From contig JAKPXB010000043.1 in the NCBI GenBank assembly GCA_029570375.1, positions 1,225-65,224 on the forward strand: a stretch of DNA of 64,000 nucleotides. The letters are read 5' to 3'. The position numbers were made by a program, and so were the translations under genes. The notes below the pieces were generated by a model. That model had not been told where the DNA came from. It saw only the letters and a list, made by a program, of their open reading frames with translations, and did not search any database. Origin of the DNA: Bacillota bacterium (GTDB lineage: Bacteria > Bacillota > Clostridia > Saccharofermentanales > DTU023). Shown piece by piece: positions 1 through 7,937 of the stretch (position 1 is its first letter; every line of letters starts with the position of its first letter).

Positions 1-10
1 TAGTAATAAC

Positions 11-634
11 TCATTCCTCTCCTCCTTCCTGCAGAAGCTTGTCCCTTTGCTCCATGATGTACCGGCTGTAGGCGCTGCTGGTGTTGCCTTTAGATGTGTA
101 TTCTCTCGCTCCTTTCTCGCCCATGTTGTAGGCCATCAGGACTCGGTGTGGGTCGTCGTACTTCTTTGCCAATTCTGCGAGCATGTAAACCCCGCACCTG
201 ATGTTTTGTTCCGGGTTGAGGAAGTCTGTTATTCCGAGTTCCTCGGTTAGCCACTCGTGGTTGATTCTGTTAATCTGCATGATGCCGTAGTCGTTTGTCT
301 TGCTTATGGCACTGGCTGTGTAGTCGCTTTCCCTGTCCATCAAAGCGAGCACCATCTCGTAGTCGGCTCCGTAATCCTCGCAAAGGTAAAAGGTGAAAGT
401 CTGAAGCTCCTCTGTGAGGGGTATGTCGTAAATCCTGACCGTTGATGTTGGTTCGGCCTCCGGCGTTGGCGTTGGGTCCGGCTTGCTTGTCGGCCTTGTT
501 AGACTCTCTGTCGGCGTAGCTGCTATCTGGGCGATTGTCGCCGTCAGCAGTGTGCTGTGGCTTGTCTGGGGTTGCGGTTCGTCTATCCCTTGTGCTTGGT
601 TGTTGAGCGTATGTGCTGCTATCCCGACCACCAT
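11..634 (-). CDS. Membrane-anchored lytic transglycosylase (SLT domain)
   Basis: C-terminal SLT motifs (LMDRESDY with the catalytic Glu-Ser, YGIMQIN, AYNMG), preceded by a hydrophobic anchor (LLFTIMVVGIAA) and a Pro/Thr-rich linker. The Arg-rich 5' part of the 380-aa ORF overlaps two better-supported HTH genes, so I moved the start to ATG 634. A non-ATG start up to about 690 is possible. Confidence 0.7.
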   Translation of the reverse strand: MVVGIAAHTLNNQAQGIDEPQPQTSHSTLLTATIAQIAATPTESLTRPTSKPDPTPTPEAEPTSTVRIYDIPLTEELQTFTFYLCEDYGADYEMVLALMDRESDYTASAISKTNDYGIMQINRINHEWLTEELGITDFLNPEQNIRCGVYMLAELAKKYDDPHRVLMAYNMGEKGAREYTSKGNTSSAYSRYIMEQRDKLLQEGGEE

Positions 635-690
635 GATGGTGAAAAGGAGCGCCGTAGTTCTCTTGAATGCGAAGCTGCGGCGTTTCCGCC

Positions 691-897
691 TTAGCAGTAG
701 ACTCTTTCGAGCAGGTACTTCCGCGATACTCTCCCGGCGGTTGTAATTTTCCCTTGCTGCTCCAGCTCTTTGTTGAGCCTTCGCATAATCTTGTAGGCGC
801 AGGACTCGCTGATTCCCATCAGCTCCGCGACTTCGTCGACTCTCATAAATCTGGGTTCTTCTTGTTGCTGCAGTAGCAGCGCTGCTGGTTGGCTCAT
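691..897 (-). CDS. Excisionase-type / MerR-like helix-turn-helix DNA-binding protein
   Basis: 68 aa. The segment MRVDEVAELMGISESCAYKIMRRLNKEL is typical of small Xis/AlpA-like HTH proteins of integrative elements, and the gene sits in the early leftward operon. Confidence 0.55.
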   Translation of the reverse strand: MSQPAALLLQQQEEPRFMRVDEVAELMGISESCAYKIMRRLNKELEQQGKITTAGRVSRKYLLERVYC

Positions 898-909
898 AGC
901 TTCCTCCTC

Positions 910-1389
910 CTATCGCATGTGCTTTTCTATCCATATCCTTGTCTCCGCCGCTGCCTCGCTTATCTTCTGTAATGAAGCGAGGATTTTGGCTACCTCCGGT
1001 TTCTCCTCCTCTGTGATGACGCCGTCTTGCACTATCTTGATGATCATGTTTGGTATGTAGTCCGCGCCTCCGAGTGCCGCGATGATCTTTATGGTCAGCC
1101 TGTCGAGCTGGAGGAGCTCTGCTGGCAGGACCGTCTTTCTTCCAAGCGGGCATAAATGTGAGCAGTAGTGGTTGTTCAGCTCCGGTGCGTTGTATGCGTC
1201 GCTCATCATCAGCACTTCTTCCGGGTAAGGGTTCAGGCTCCCGAGTTCTATTCGTGCGAGTCTTGTTCTGTCGATCCCGAGCAGCTCGGATGCTCCTTCT
1301 CTGCTGTTGAGGCTGTCGTTGAACGTTGCGGCCTCTTTTCGTGCTATGCAGAACACGTTACCGGCTGCTATCGTGGGGTTTTTAGGCAT
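910..1389 (-). CDS. XRE-family HTH regulator with a C-terminal helical domain
   Basis: HTH segment SELLGIDRTRLARIELG. 159 aa, lying between the cro-like and xis-like genes. Confidence 0.55.
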   Translation of the reverse strand: MPKNPTIAAGNVFCIARKEAATFNDSLNSREGASELLGIDRTRLARIELGSLNPYPEEVLMMSDAYNAPELNNHYCSHLCPLGRKTVLPAELLQLDRLTIKIIAALGGADYIPNMIIKIVQDGVITEEEKPEVAKILASLQKISEAAAETRIWIEKHMR

Positions 1390-1435
1390 ATATTTTTCGC
1401 CTCCTTCGTCATATGATTATTGTGTAGTGAGGTTC

Positions 1436-1681
1436 TCACTTCTGGGAGTCTTCCGCCTCTTTGTTCTCGGAAACTGAGAAGCTCTCTGCAAAAAAAATTG
1501 CGGGGCTTATCTCGTATCCGGTCAAACAAAGCTCGACGAGTTCGTCTGCCGTGAGCCGTATACCGCCGGTTTCTAATGCGCTGATGCGCTGGACGGTCTT
1601 TCCAGTCTTCTTTGCTATGTGTGTTTGTGTGATTCCTCGTGCTTCACGGTACTCACGGAGCCGCTGATAAACCGGTTTCAT
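1436..1681 (-). CDS. Cro-like XRE-family HTH regulator
   Basis: 81 aa. RGITQTHIAKKTGKTVQRISALETG is a canonical XRE HTH. Transcribed divergently from the cI-like gene. Confidence 0.7.
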   Translation of the reverse strand: MKPVYQRLREYREARGITQTHIAKKTGKTVQRISALETGGIRLTADELVELCLTGYEISPAIFFAESFSVSENKEAEDSQK

Positions 1682-1702
1682 GTGCTCGTCCTCCTTTCGC
1701 TG

Positions 1703-1783
1703 TTCTCGTTTTCCGAGAAGCTCACGCTTATTATACTTCTCGTTTTCCGAGAAGTCAATACTTAATTCCGTTATTCCGAGAAG
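1703..1783. promoter_or_regulatory. Operator array: two full palindromes CTTCTCG-N5-CGAGAAG plus one half-site
   Basis: The sequence TTCTCGTTTTCCGAGAAG occurs at 1703-1720 and again within 1736-1754. The half-site TTCCGAGAAG is at 1774-1783. All lie between the divergent HTH genes. Confidence 0.7.
1730..1758 (-). promoter_or_regulatory. Leftward sigma-70-type promoter (TTGACT-N17-TATAAT) of the cro-side operon
   Basis: On the minus strand, TTGACT is at 1758-1753 and TATAAT at 1735-1730. The 17-nt spacer is almost exactly the second operator palindrome. Confidence 0.6.
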
Positions 1784-1837
1784 ATTATTCTCAAATTACG
1801 CGAAATGGTATATAATTCTCTGTGGGGGTGAATTTTG

Positions 1838-2233
1838 ATGCTCAAATTTGGAGATCGCCTTCGGGCGGCTCGGGAAAGAAAAGGCTTGACGCAGGTGGAT
1901 GTCTACCGGGCGATCGGCCTTAATAACAAATCTCTTTCCCGTTATGAAAACGGGACGACGTCTCCTGATCCTGATACGCTTCGGGATTTGATTCGTCTCT
2001 ATGATGTTTCCTCCGACTATGTTCTTGGCCTTTCCGATGAAATGGGTTACTCCCGCCCTTCCGGCAGTAGTCTCACTCCTCCCAAGCTGAGCGAGGATGC
2101 TGCTCTGCTTGAGCGTCTGTCTTCGCTTCCTCCGGAGGAAAAGGCGAAGGCGAGCGAGTATGTTGACATGCTGAAAACTCTTTCCGAAGTTAAATCCGGC
2201 GAAAACTGCGTTGATTTCAAAAAGAAAGCCTAA
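1838..2233 (+). CDS. cI/ImmR-like XRE-family repressor
   Basis: HTH segment KGLTQVDVYRAIGLNNKSLSRYENG. ATG at 1838 is preceded by GGGGGTG, with a TATAAT at 1811-1816. Same strand as the integrase. Confidence 0.7.
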   Translation: MLKFGDRLRAARERKGLTQVDVYRAIGLNNKSLSRYENGTTSPDPDTLRDLIRLYDVSSDYVLGLSDEMGYSRPSGSSLTPPKLSEDAALLERLSSLPPEEKAKASEYVDMLKTLSEVKSGENCVDFKKKA

Positions 2234-2380
2234 AACGCGAGCTGCGGCGCGAGGGTCCGATGGATCCGGACAACGGCCGGGAAGGCCATGCCGGTCAACG
2301 CGGAGCCGATCCGCTTCGAGCGGGGCGGAGGTCCTGAGACCTTCGTATGCATGAACTTAAAAGAAATCGCATCTCAAACT

Positions 2381-2410
2381 TTGCAGTAACTTTACAGTAG
2401 TTTACAGTAA
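2381..2410. repeat. Three tandem 10-bp phased repeats (TTGCAGTAAC / TTTACAGTAG / TTTACAGTAA)
   Basis: Read directly from the sequence. An inverted partial copy (CTGTAAAC) lies at 2558-2565. All sit in a 370-bp non-coding gap inside the element. Confidence 0.8.
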
Positions 2411-2603
2411 GGTGAAAACGCGAAGGAAAGAATATAGCCTCAAACGCGCCTACAGCACGGGTTTCTCGTGACGCTGCTTCTCTGAAAACGGAGAAGGGAA
2501 GGCGGGCGAGAGTGGATCGGCTGCTGCAGCTGATTGTTTCTTCGCAGGAGCTGTCTCCTGTAAACTTTCAGTTTCTTCGCTCGATCTCTGAGGGGGTGCT
2601 TGT

Positions 2604-3098
2604 ATGAATATCCGATGTAGCTGTGGTCGCTCTTTTGACGCCTCCGTGGATGTATCCGTTCCGGAGGTTGTTGTTCATTGTCCTTCCTGCGGTCAGGAGC
2701 TGCGGGTCCGCAATCACAAGGCTGCGGCTGCCGCAATGTCTCCCTCTGAGGTCGTCGCTGAAAAGGTGAAGCGCTGCGAGCTGATCTCCGGCCTCCTCTG
2801 GCTTGTCATCGGAGCCGTGCAGGTGTTCTTGGTATATACCGCTGCCGCCGGAGTTTGGAATGTTATTAATGCGATCGTTCGCCTCCGGTCGGTTGGAAAT
2901 ATCCGCGTCGGCAATCCGGAGGTTGTTCCGTGGTATGAAAAGCGGCGCACGTCTCTCATTGTCTTCGCGGTCGTTAATCTTGTTCTTGGCGGCGTCGTGG
3001 GCGTCGCTCTCGTCGCTTTCGACTGGTGGGTGAGGGATTATGTCATAAAAAATAAAACGGCGTTTGTGGGCGATTCTGCGGCCTCTGTTGCCAAATAA
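2604..3098 (+). CDS. Zinc-ribbon membrane protein of unknown function
   Basis: N-terminal CxC...CxxC (CSCG...CPSCG), followed by two or three hydrophobic helices (LISGLLWLVIGAVQVFLVY, LIVFAVVNLVLGGVVGVALVAF). GAGGGGG RBS. Located between the repressor and the integrase. Confidence 0.55.
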   Translation: MNIRCSCGRSFDASVDVSVPEVVVHCPSCGQELRVRNHKAAAAAMSPSEVVAEKVKRCELISGLLWLVIGAVQVFLVYTAAAGVWNVINAIVRLRSVGNIRVGNPEVVPWYEKRRTSLIVFAVVNLVLGGVVGVALVAFDWWVRDYVIKNKTAFVGDSAASVAK

Positions 3099-3132
3099 AA
3101 AGGCGCCACTCTGGGCGCCGGAAGGAGGGGCT

Positions 3133-4302
3133 ATGCCTGCTACAAAATACAAGACGAAACGCGGCGCCGTCAAATGGAAGGCGTCGTTTTGGTATACGGA
3201 TTGGACCGGTGCTCGTCGGAAAAAGAAAAAAGAAGGCTTCGACAAAAAGTCGGACGCGCAGGCTTTCGAGCGTGAGTTCCTGCTCAAAAACGGGCGCAGC
3301 TGTGACATGTCCTTTGCGTCTCTGGTCGAGCTCTATCAGGCCGATGCGGATCATCGGGTCCGTGGGGGTACCCGGGAAACTCAGGACTCTATCATCGACA
3401 AATGGTTGCTCCCTTACTTCGGCGATCTGCAGGTGAACGAAATCGACGCGGTGGCGATTCGCAATTGGCAGAACGTCGTCATGTCTGCGGTCAATCCGCG
3501 AACCGGCAGGAAGTATGCGGAAACCTACACGCGCACGATCAACAGCCGCCTTTCCGCGATCTTCAATTACGCGGTGATGTTTTATAACCTGCATAAAAAT
3601 CCATGTCTCCCGGCTGGCTTCATGGGGAAGAAGAAGGCCGGGAAGATGAAATTCTGGACGCTGGCCGAGTTCTCTCAGGCCATTCCTCTTGTCACAAAGC
3701 CCGGCTTCCGAGTGGCTCTTATGGTTCTTTACTGGGCTGGCCTCCGTGTTGGTGAATGTCTGGCCATTACTCCGGCTGATGTCTTGCCCACAAAGGCGAT
3801 CCGGATTGAAAAAACGCACCACCGAAAGGAAGGGGAGGACGCGCCGGGTCCTCCAAAGACTGAGAACAGCGTCCGGGATGTATCGATTCCCGGTTTCCTG
3901 TACGACGAGCTTGTTGGTTATATCAATGCCCTTTATGATATCGGCGTTGGGGATCGTGTCTTCTACTTCTCCCATGGAACGCTGAACCGGGAGCTTGACC
4001 GGGTTGCTGCTGCTTCCGGGGTGAAGCGCATCCGGATTCATGACCTCCGGCACTCCCATGCTGCGCTGCTGGTCGAGCTTGGTTATTCCATCGTGGCCGT
4101 GGCCGAGCGTCTTGGTGATACCGTGAAGGTCGCTATGGAGACTTACTCCCATCTTTACCCGGATAAAATGGAAACCATCGCCGACGACCTCGAGCGGCAT
4201 GCAAAAAGCAAGGACGAGCCTGTTTCGGCTCCTCCTTCTGCAGATCTCTCTGGGCTTATAAATGTTCTCGAAAAAGTAGAAAAAAGCGCCGAAAAAAAAT
4301 AA
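3133..4302 (+). CDS. int: Tyrosine site-specific integrase
   Basis: N-terminal SAM-like domain. Catalytic residues in context: AGLRVGE (Arg), HDLRHSHAALL (His-x-x-Arg), and ETYSHLY (Tyr nucleophile). ATG 3133 is preceded by GGAAGGAGGGG. Confidence 0.9.
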   Translation: MPATKYKTKRGAVKWKASFWYTDWTGARRKKKKEGFDKKSDAQAFEREFLLKNGRSCDMSFASLVELYQADADHRVRGGTRETQDSIIDKWLLPYFGDLQVNEIDAVAIRNWQNVVMSAVNPRTGRKYAETYTRTINSRLSAIFNYAVMFYNLHKNPCLPAGFMGKKKAGKMKFWTLAEFSQAIPLVTKPGFRVALMVLYWAGLRVGECLAITPADVLPTKAIRIEKTHHRKEGEDAPGPPKTENSVRDVSIPGFLYDELVGYINALYDIGVGDRVFYFSHGTLNRELDRVAAASGVKRIRIHDLRHSHAALLVELGYSIVAVAERLGDTVKVAMETYSHLYPDKMETIADDLERHAKSKDEPVSAPPSADLSGLINVLEKVEKSAEKK

Positions 4303-4336
4303 GTGGAACGCTTCCGGTACGCTTTTGGAAAAAACA

Positions 4337-4373
4337 AAGCCGAAAACCCGCACCAGTACTGGGTTTTCGGCTT
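4337..4373 (-). terminator. Intrinsic terminator downstream of guaA
   Basis: 13-bp stem AAGCCGAAAACCC/GGGTTTTCGGCTT, followed on the minus strand by TTTGTTTTTTCC. Confidence 0.75.
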
Positions 4374-4381
4374 CTATGCAG

Positions 4382-5779
4382 TTACTCCCATTCAATCGTA
4401 GCCGGAGGCTTGCCCGTCAGTTCGTACACGACGCGGTTCACGTGGGGAACCTCGGTGGTGATGCGCTTATTTACAAGCTGCAGGAAGGACCAGGGGAATT
4501 CGACGGGGCGGGCGACCATGAAGTCGTCGGTTTTGACGGCGCGGAGGGCGATGGTGTAATCGTAGGTACGGACACCGTCTTTGACGCCGACGGATTGGAG
4601 GCCGGTCATGACGGCAAAGAACTGGGAGGCGAGATCGGCGAACCCATGCTCGACGATGGACTCGCGGAAAATGGCGTCGGCTTCGCGGAGAACGTGGAGT
4701 TTCTCGCGCGTGATGCCGCCGAGACAGCGGACGGCGAGACCGGGGCCGGGGAACGGCTGCCGCTCGATGAGCGATGCGGGCAGCCCGAGCGCTCGACCGA
4801 CGGTGCGGACTTCTTCCTTGAAGAGCATGCGCAGCGGCTCGACAACGCCCTCAAACAGCAGGTTTTCGGGGAGGCCGCCGACGTTATGGTGACTCTTTAC
4901 GACCTGACCGCCGTCGCCGCTTTCGATGATATCGGGATAAATCGTCCCCTGCGCGAGATACGCTTCGCCGCCGAACCGGGACGCCTCTTCCTCAAAGACG
5001 CGGATAAACTCCTCGCCGATGATCTTGCGTTTTTTCTCCGGATCGAGCACGCCTTCGACGCGGTCAATGAAACGGTCGGCGGCGTCGACGGCGATCAGAG
5101 GAATCCCGAACGTCTCCGCGAACATCTCGCGGATCATGCGCGGTTCGTCTTTACGCATGAACCCGTGATCTACAAAAATACAGGTGAGCTGGTCGCCGAC
5201 GGCCTTGTGTACCAGCGTCGCAACGACGGAGGAATCGACGCCGCCGGACAGCGCGCAGACGACGCGCTTATCGCCGACCTGCCGCCGCACCTGATCCGCC
5301 GCCTCTTCCAGAAACGCCTCGATGGTCCAGTCTCCGGAGCAGCCGCACACATCAAAAAGGAACGGCCTGAGATGGTCGTCTATGGAGAACGGCTCCAGAA
5401 TCACGGGCTCCTCGCCCGGTTTTTTCAGAGAAACGAGCTCCACGCCGAAAAGATCCCTGTCCTTCCCGGCGCCGCCCGCTTTCATCATCTCCGCGGCGGC
5501 CGTCCCGATCGCAAAGACGGGAAGATCTGCGCCGAACACGCTCTCCCAGAGGCCGGGCGTGACGCACTCGGCGATCTCGCCGGTGCAGGCCGACGAATCG
5601 ATCCTGCCGGTCACCACGATGCCCTTCAGCGTTTCGCCCGACAGGCTGCCCGGCTCCATCGCACGTCGCGGCGTCAGGATCTCGCTGTAAATGTTAAAGT
5701 CGCGGACTTTGTGGATGATGACGCGGGCGAGCCCGCCGCCCAGATCAACTATTAGAATGGTATCGTGTTTGTCACGCAT
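4382..5779 (-). CDS. guaA: GMP synthase with an intact ATP-pyrophosphatase/dimerisation part but a shortened, apparently non-catalytic N-terminal GATase-like domain
   Basis: SGGVDSSV P-loop, KSHHNVGGLP, and a C-terminus GKPPATIEWE identical to classical GuaA. SGGVDSS lies at residue 178 rather than about 235. There is no nucleophile-elbow Cys and no HPE motif. Confidence 0.9.
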   Translation of the reverse strand: MRDKHDTILIVDLGGGLARVIIHKVRDFNIYSEILTPRRAMEPGSLSGETLKGIVVTGRIDSSACTGEIAECVTPGLWESVFGADLPVFAIGTAAAEMMKAGGAGKDRDLFGVELVSLKKPGEEPVILEPFSIDDHLRPFLFDVCGCSGDWTIEAFLEEAADQVRRQVGDKRVVCALSGGVDSSVVATLVHKAVGDQLTCIFVDHGFMRKDEPRMIREMFAETFGIPLIAVDAADRFIDRVEGVLDPEKKRKIIGEEFIRVFEEEASRFGGEAYLAQGTIYPDIIESGDGGQVVKSHHNVGGLPENLLFEGVVEPLRMLFKEEVRTVGRALGLPASLIERQPFPGPGLAVRCLGGITREKLHVLREADAIFRESIVEHGFADLASQFFAVMTGLQSVGVKDGVRTYDYTIALRAVKTDDFMVARPVEFPWSFLQLVNKRITTEVPHVNRVVYELTGKPPATIEWE

Positions 5780-5923
5780 AGTTATCTCCTTATTCTCAGG
5801 CGCCGCTGCCGCGATTCGATACGCTCACACGCGCCATCTCTTATCTTTCAGTGAATTTTTGTCTTCTCTCCGGCATGGCTGTTTCCGCCCTGATGGCCAA
5901 CCCGCGGAATCGCTCGTCTGTTC

Positions 5924-6481
5924 TTACCGCTCGATCCCTTTTCGCCCGAGAAGTCCCGACGTCTCATAGGGGTGCTTGCGCATGACAACCTCGGAGACAT
6001 AGTCCGCGAGATCGATCAGCGCCTGAGAGGGGCCGCGCCCCGTAAGAGCGACTTCAAGGTGTTCCGGCTTTGTCTTCAGAAAATCGATCACGTCCTGCTC
6101 CGCGAGCATGCCGGTCGTTATCGCCGCCATCACTTCGTCGAGGATGAGGAGATCAACGCCTTCGCGGCTTTTCGCCGTCACTTCCCGGAACCGTTTCTCA
6201 CATTGCGCTTTTGTCTCGGCCTTTTCCTCTTCATTCATCATAAAAACGAATTTCTGCGAGTACTTCCCCGAAATGACTTCCACACCCAGATCGCGCAGCG
6301 GCTTCAACTCACCCGAGGTGCCGCTCTTGAGAAACTGCGTCATCAGCACATTCAGGCCGCTCCCGCGCGCGCGGACCGCCAGTCCGGTGACCGCGGTCGT
6401 CTTGCCCTTGCCGTCTCCGCAATAGATATGGATCAGACCGAGCTTCTCTCTGATTTGAGCCAATGATTTTTCACCATTCAT
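5924..6481 (-). CDS. cobO: Cob(I)yrinic acid a,c-diamide adenosyltransferase (CobA/CobO/BtuR family)
   Basis: YCGDGKGKTTAVTGLAVRA P-loop, LLILDE, and a length of 185 aa. Confidence 0.85.
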   Translation of the reverse strand: MNGEKSLAQIREKLGLIHIYCGDGKGKTTAVTGLAVRARGSGLNVLMTQFLKSGTSGELKPLRDLGVEVISGKYSQKFVFMMNEEEKAETKAQCEKRFREVTAKSREGVDLLILDEVMAAITTGMLAEQDVIDFLKTKPEHLEVALTGRGPSQALIDLADYVSEVVMRKHPYETSGLLGRKGIER

Positions 6482-6660
6482 ATGTCCTGTCCCTTCATCC
6501 CGCCTGTCGGCTTTGTCATCGGTAAGTATCTTGAAATACCGTCCTCATCTCTTGTTTTTCTACATTCCTACTTTACCACGCAGACTCAACGCGTAGTAAA
6601 AGATCGCTTTATTCAGTTCGCGAAGATTGAGAAAAACAACCCGCCCGCCAAACAGATGAT

Positions 6661-6795
6661 GTCAGATTGCGAGAGCGGGGAAGCTCTCCGTCCGTCATCC
6701 TCGCTTGGTCTCGCCCATCGCGGGACAACTCTCTATCTGCTCATTTCGGCAAAGGTCAGTTTGCGGGAGCGGGGAAGCTCTCCGTCCGTCATCCT
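6661..6795. repeat. Two copies of a 41-bp direct repeat spaced 94 bp start to start
   Basis: GTCAGATTGCGAGAGCGGGGAAGCTCTCCGTCCGTCATCCT at 6661-6701 versus GTCAGTTTGCGGGAGCGGGGAAGCTCTCCGTCCGTCATCCT at 6755-6795, with 2 mismatches. The second copy covers the stop codon of the permease gene. Confidence 0.85.
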
Positions 6796-7937
6796 GCCAG
6801 ATAGCGGCTTCGGTTCTGCAGAAAATACGCGAGGACGAGGAGACCGGCCGCGATCGCGGCTGCCGCGGCGGTCGGCAGTGTCGTCTCCATGCCGCTCATG
6901 CTGGCAAAAGCCCAGCCATGCGGTGTGTATTGTCCGACCTTTTCCACCGCGGCGGAGGGAAGTTTGATAAAGGTTCCGCCGAGGAGTGCCGATATAAAGA
7001 GTATCAGGGACCCGGGGACAAACCGCTGCTCTGAGTGGATGAGCGATACGAGCTGACCGAAAGCGAGCATGAGAAGGAAGAAGACGGCCATGACCGGCCA
7101 GTAAACCGGCGGCCGGCTGATACCGGGGATTAGGAGCCTTGTCAGCCCCGCCATCAGCGCGAGCTGTATAGCTCCCGCAATCGTCATCGCGAGGAGCGAT
7201 GAGAGATAATCGCGCGCAAATCCTCCGCGAATCGAGCGCATGCGCTGCTGCGTCGCGGCGTCGGACAGCATCAGGCTGCTGAGCAGAGAGAAGATCGACA
7301 GAAAGAGGATCTCAACGGCAAAATCGGGGATAGGCACAATCTCTGTCCTCGTTTCGGAAGGAAGACCGTGAATATCGAGCTTCAGACGCGCTCCCCGCTC
7401 GCGTACCACTTCCGAGCTTTCCCGCAGCCCGGCTCGCATTGCCTCGCGGGAGACAGACGCGCCGCCAGGCAATGCCATCAAATCGTCGATCAGGATCGCC
7501 TCCCGCGACAGTGTAAGCGCACAAATCTTGAAGCTCTCACTGACGAGATCGCTGGCGATCGCGTTCTTTCCGGGGAGAAAAACGGCGGCAAAGGGATTCT
7601 CCCGATCCGACTCTGGCGCGGTCATTTCTCCGTAGAGGGGAGGAATCACGACGACTCCGTCGACCGTACCTGTCGCGACAGCGCGGGAGGCTTCTTCTTC
7701 CGTGAGAGCCTTCCAGCGAAGGCGGCTCGATGCCAACAGCCGGATAAGGTCGCCGCTCGCCTCATTCTCCGCCAGATCGACATACGCTCCCCGCACGACA
7801 GAGAGGTCATTGCGTTCCAGAGTTGATCCGGCGAGCATCGACATCAGCACGGGGGAGATCAGGCAGAAAACAAGGAGAACCGGCCGGCGCACCATTGTGC
7901 GGAGCTTAAGTCTGACCAATGTCATGAGCGGCATCAT
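6789..7937 (-). CDS. ABC-2 type transporter permease
   Basis: N-terminal TM helix, a large loop, then about five C-terminal TM helices. ATGA start/stop overlap with the upstream permease at 7934-7937. The ORF part upstream of 7937 is not needed. Confidence 0.65.
   Translation of the reverse strand: MMPLMTLVRLKLRTMVRRPVLLVFCLISPVLMSMLAGSTLERNDLSVVRGAYVDLAENEASGDLIRLLASSRLRWKALTEEEASRAVATGTVDGVVVIPPLYGEMTAPESDRENPFAAVFLPGKNAIASDLVSESFKICALTLSREAILIDDLMALPGGASVSREAMRAGLRESSEVVRERGARLKLDIHGLPSETRTEIVPIPDFAVEILFLSIFSLLSSLMLSDAATQQRMRSIRGGFARDYLSSLLAMTIAGAIQLALMAGLTRLLIPGISRPPVYWPVMAVFFLLMLAFGQLVSLIHSEQRFVPGSLILFISALLGGTFIKLPSAAVEKVGQYTPHGWAFASMSGMETTLPTAAAAAIAAGLLVLAYFLQNRSRYLAG

Larger units (their letters stand above)
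1..4336. mobile_element. Integrase-proximal end of an integrative element (ICE- or prophage-like) abutting the 3' end of guaA; the rest lies left of the window
   Basis: Contiguous module: SLT hydrolase, excisionase-type HTH, three XRE-type HTH genes in a divergent cI/cro layout, and a tyrosine integrase. The integrase stop (4302) is 80 bp from the guaA stop (4382). The right boundary is approximate, and no second att copy is visible in the window. Confidence 0.65.

Noticed and set aside
635-1153. Arg/His-rich N-terminal 173 aa of the 380-aa ORF at 11-1153
   Set aside because: This part overlaps the excisionase-like and 159-aa HTH genes in other frames and has a composition unlike real proteins. 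Only the region from about 634 downstream (anchor, linker, SLT domain) is credible.
3043-4395. 450-aa minus-strand ORF, plus the 246-aa ORF at 2568-3308
   Set aside because: They are antisense to the integrase and zinc-ribbon genes. The integrase frame carries the full catalytic motif set, so these are shadow ORFs.
4325-5755. 476-aa plus-strand ORF
   Set aside because: It lies entirely antisense to guaA, which has unambiguous motifs. The Ala/Gly/Asp/Arg-rich translation is typical of shadow ORFs in high-GC DNA.
6482-6660. Possible cobalamin riboswitch upstream of cobO (also upstream of nrdJ)
   Set aside because: No B12-box-like sequence or GGUGAAAAUCC-type core was seen. The nrdJ leader is better explained by NrdR-like palindromes.
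6661-6795. Two small ORFs (19 and 29 aa, both starting MTDGELPRSR) beginning inside the 41-bp repeats on the minus strand
   Set aside because: The ATG is preceded only by AGG with no spacing, and the peptides diverge right after the repeat. These are most likely a by-product of the duplication.
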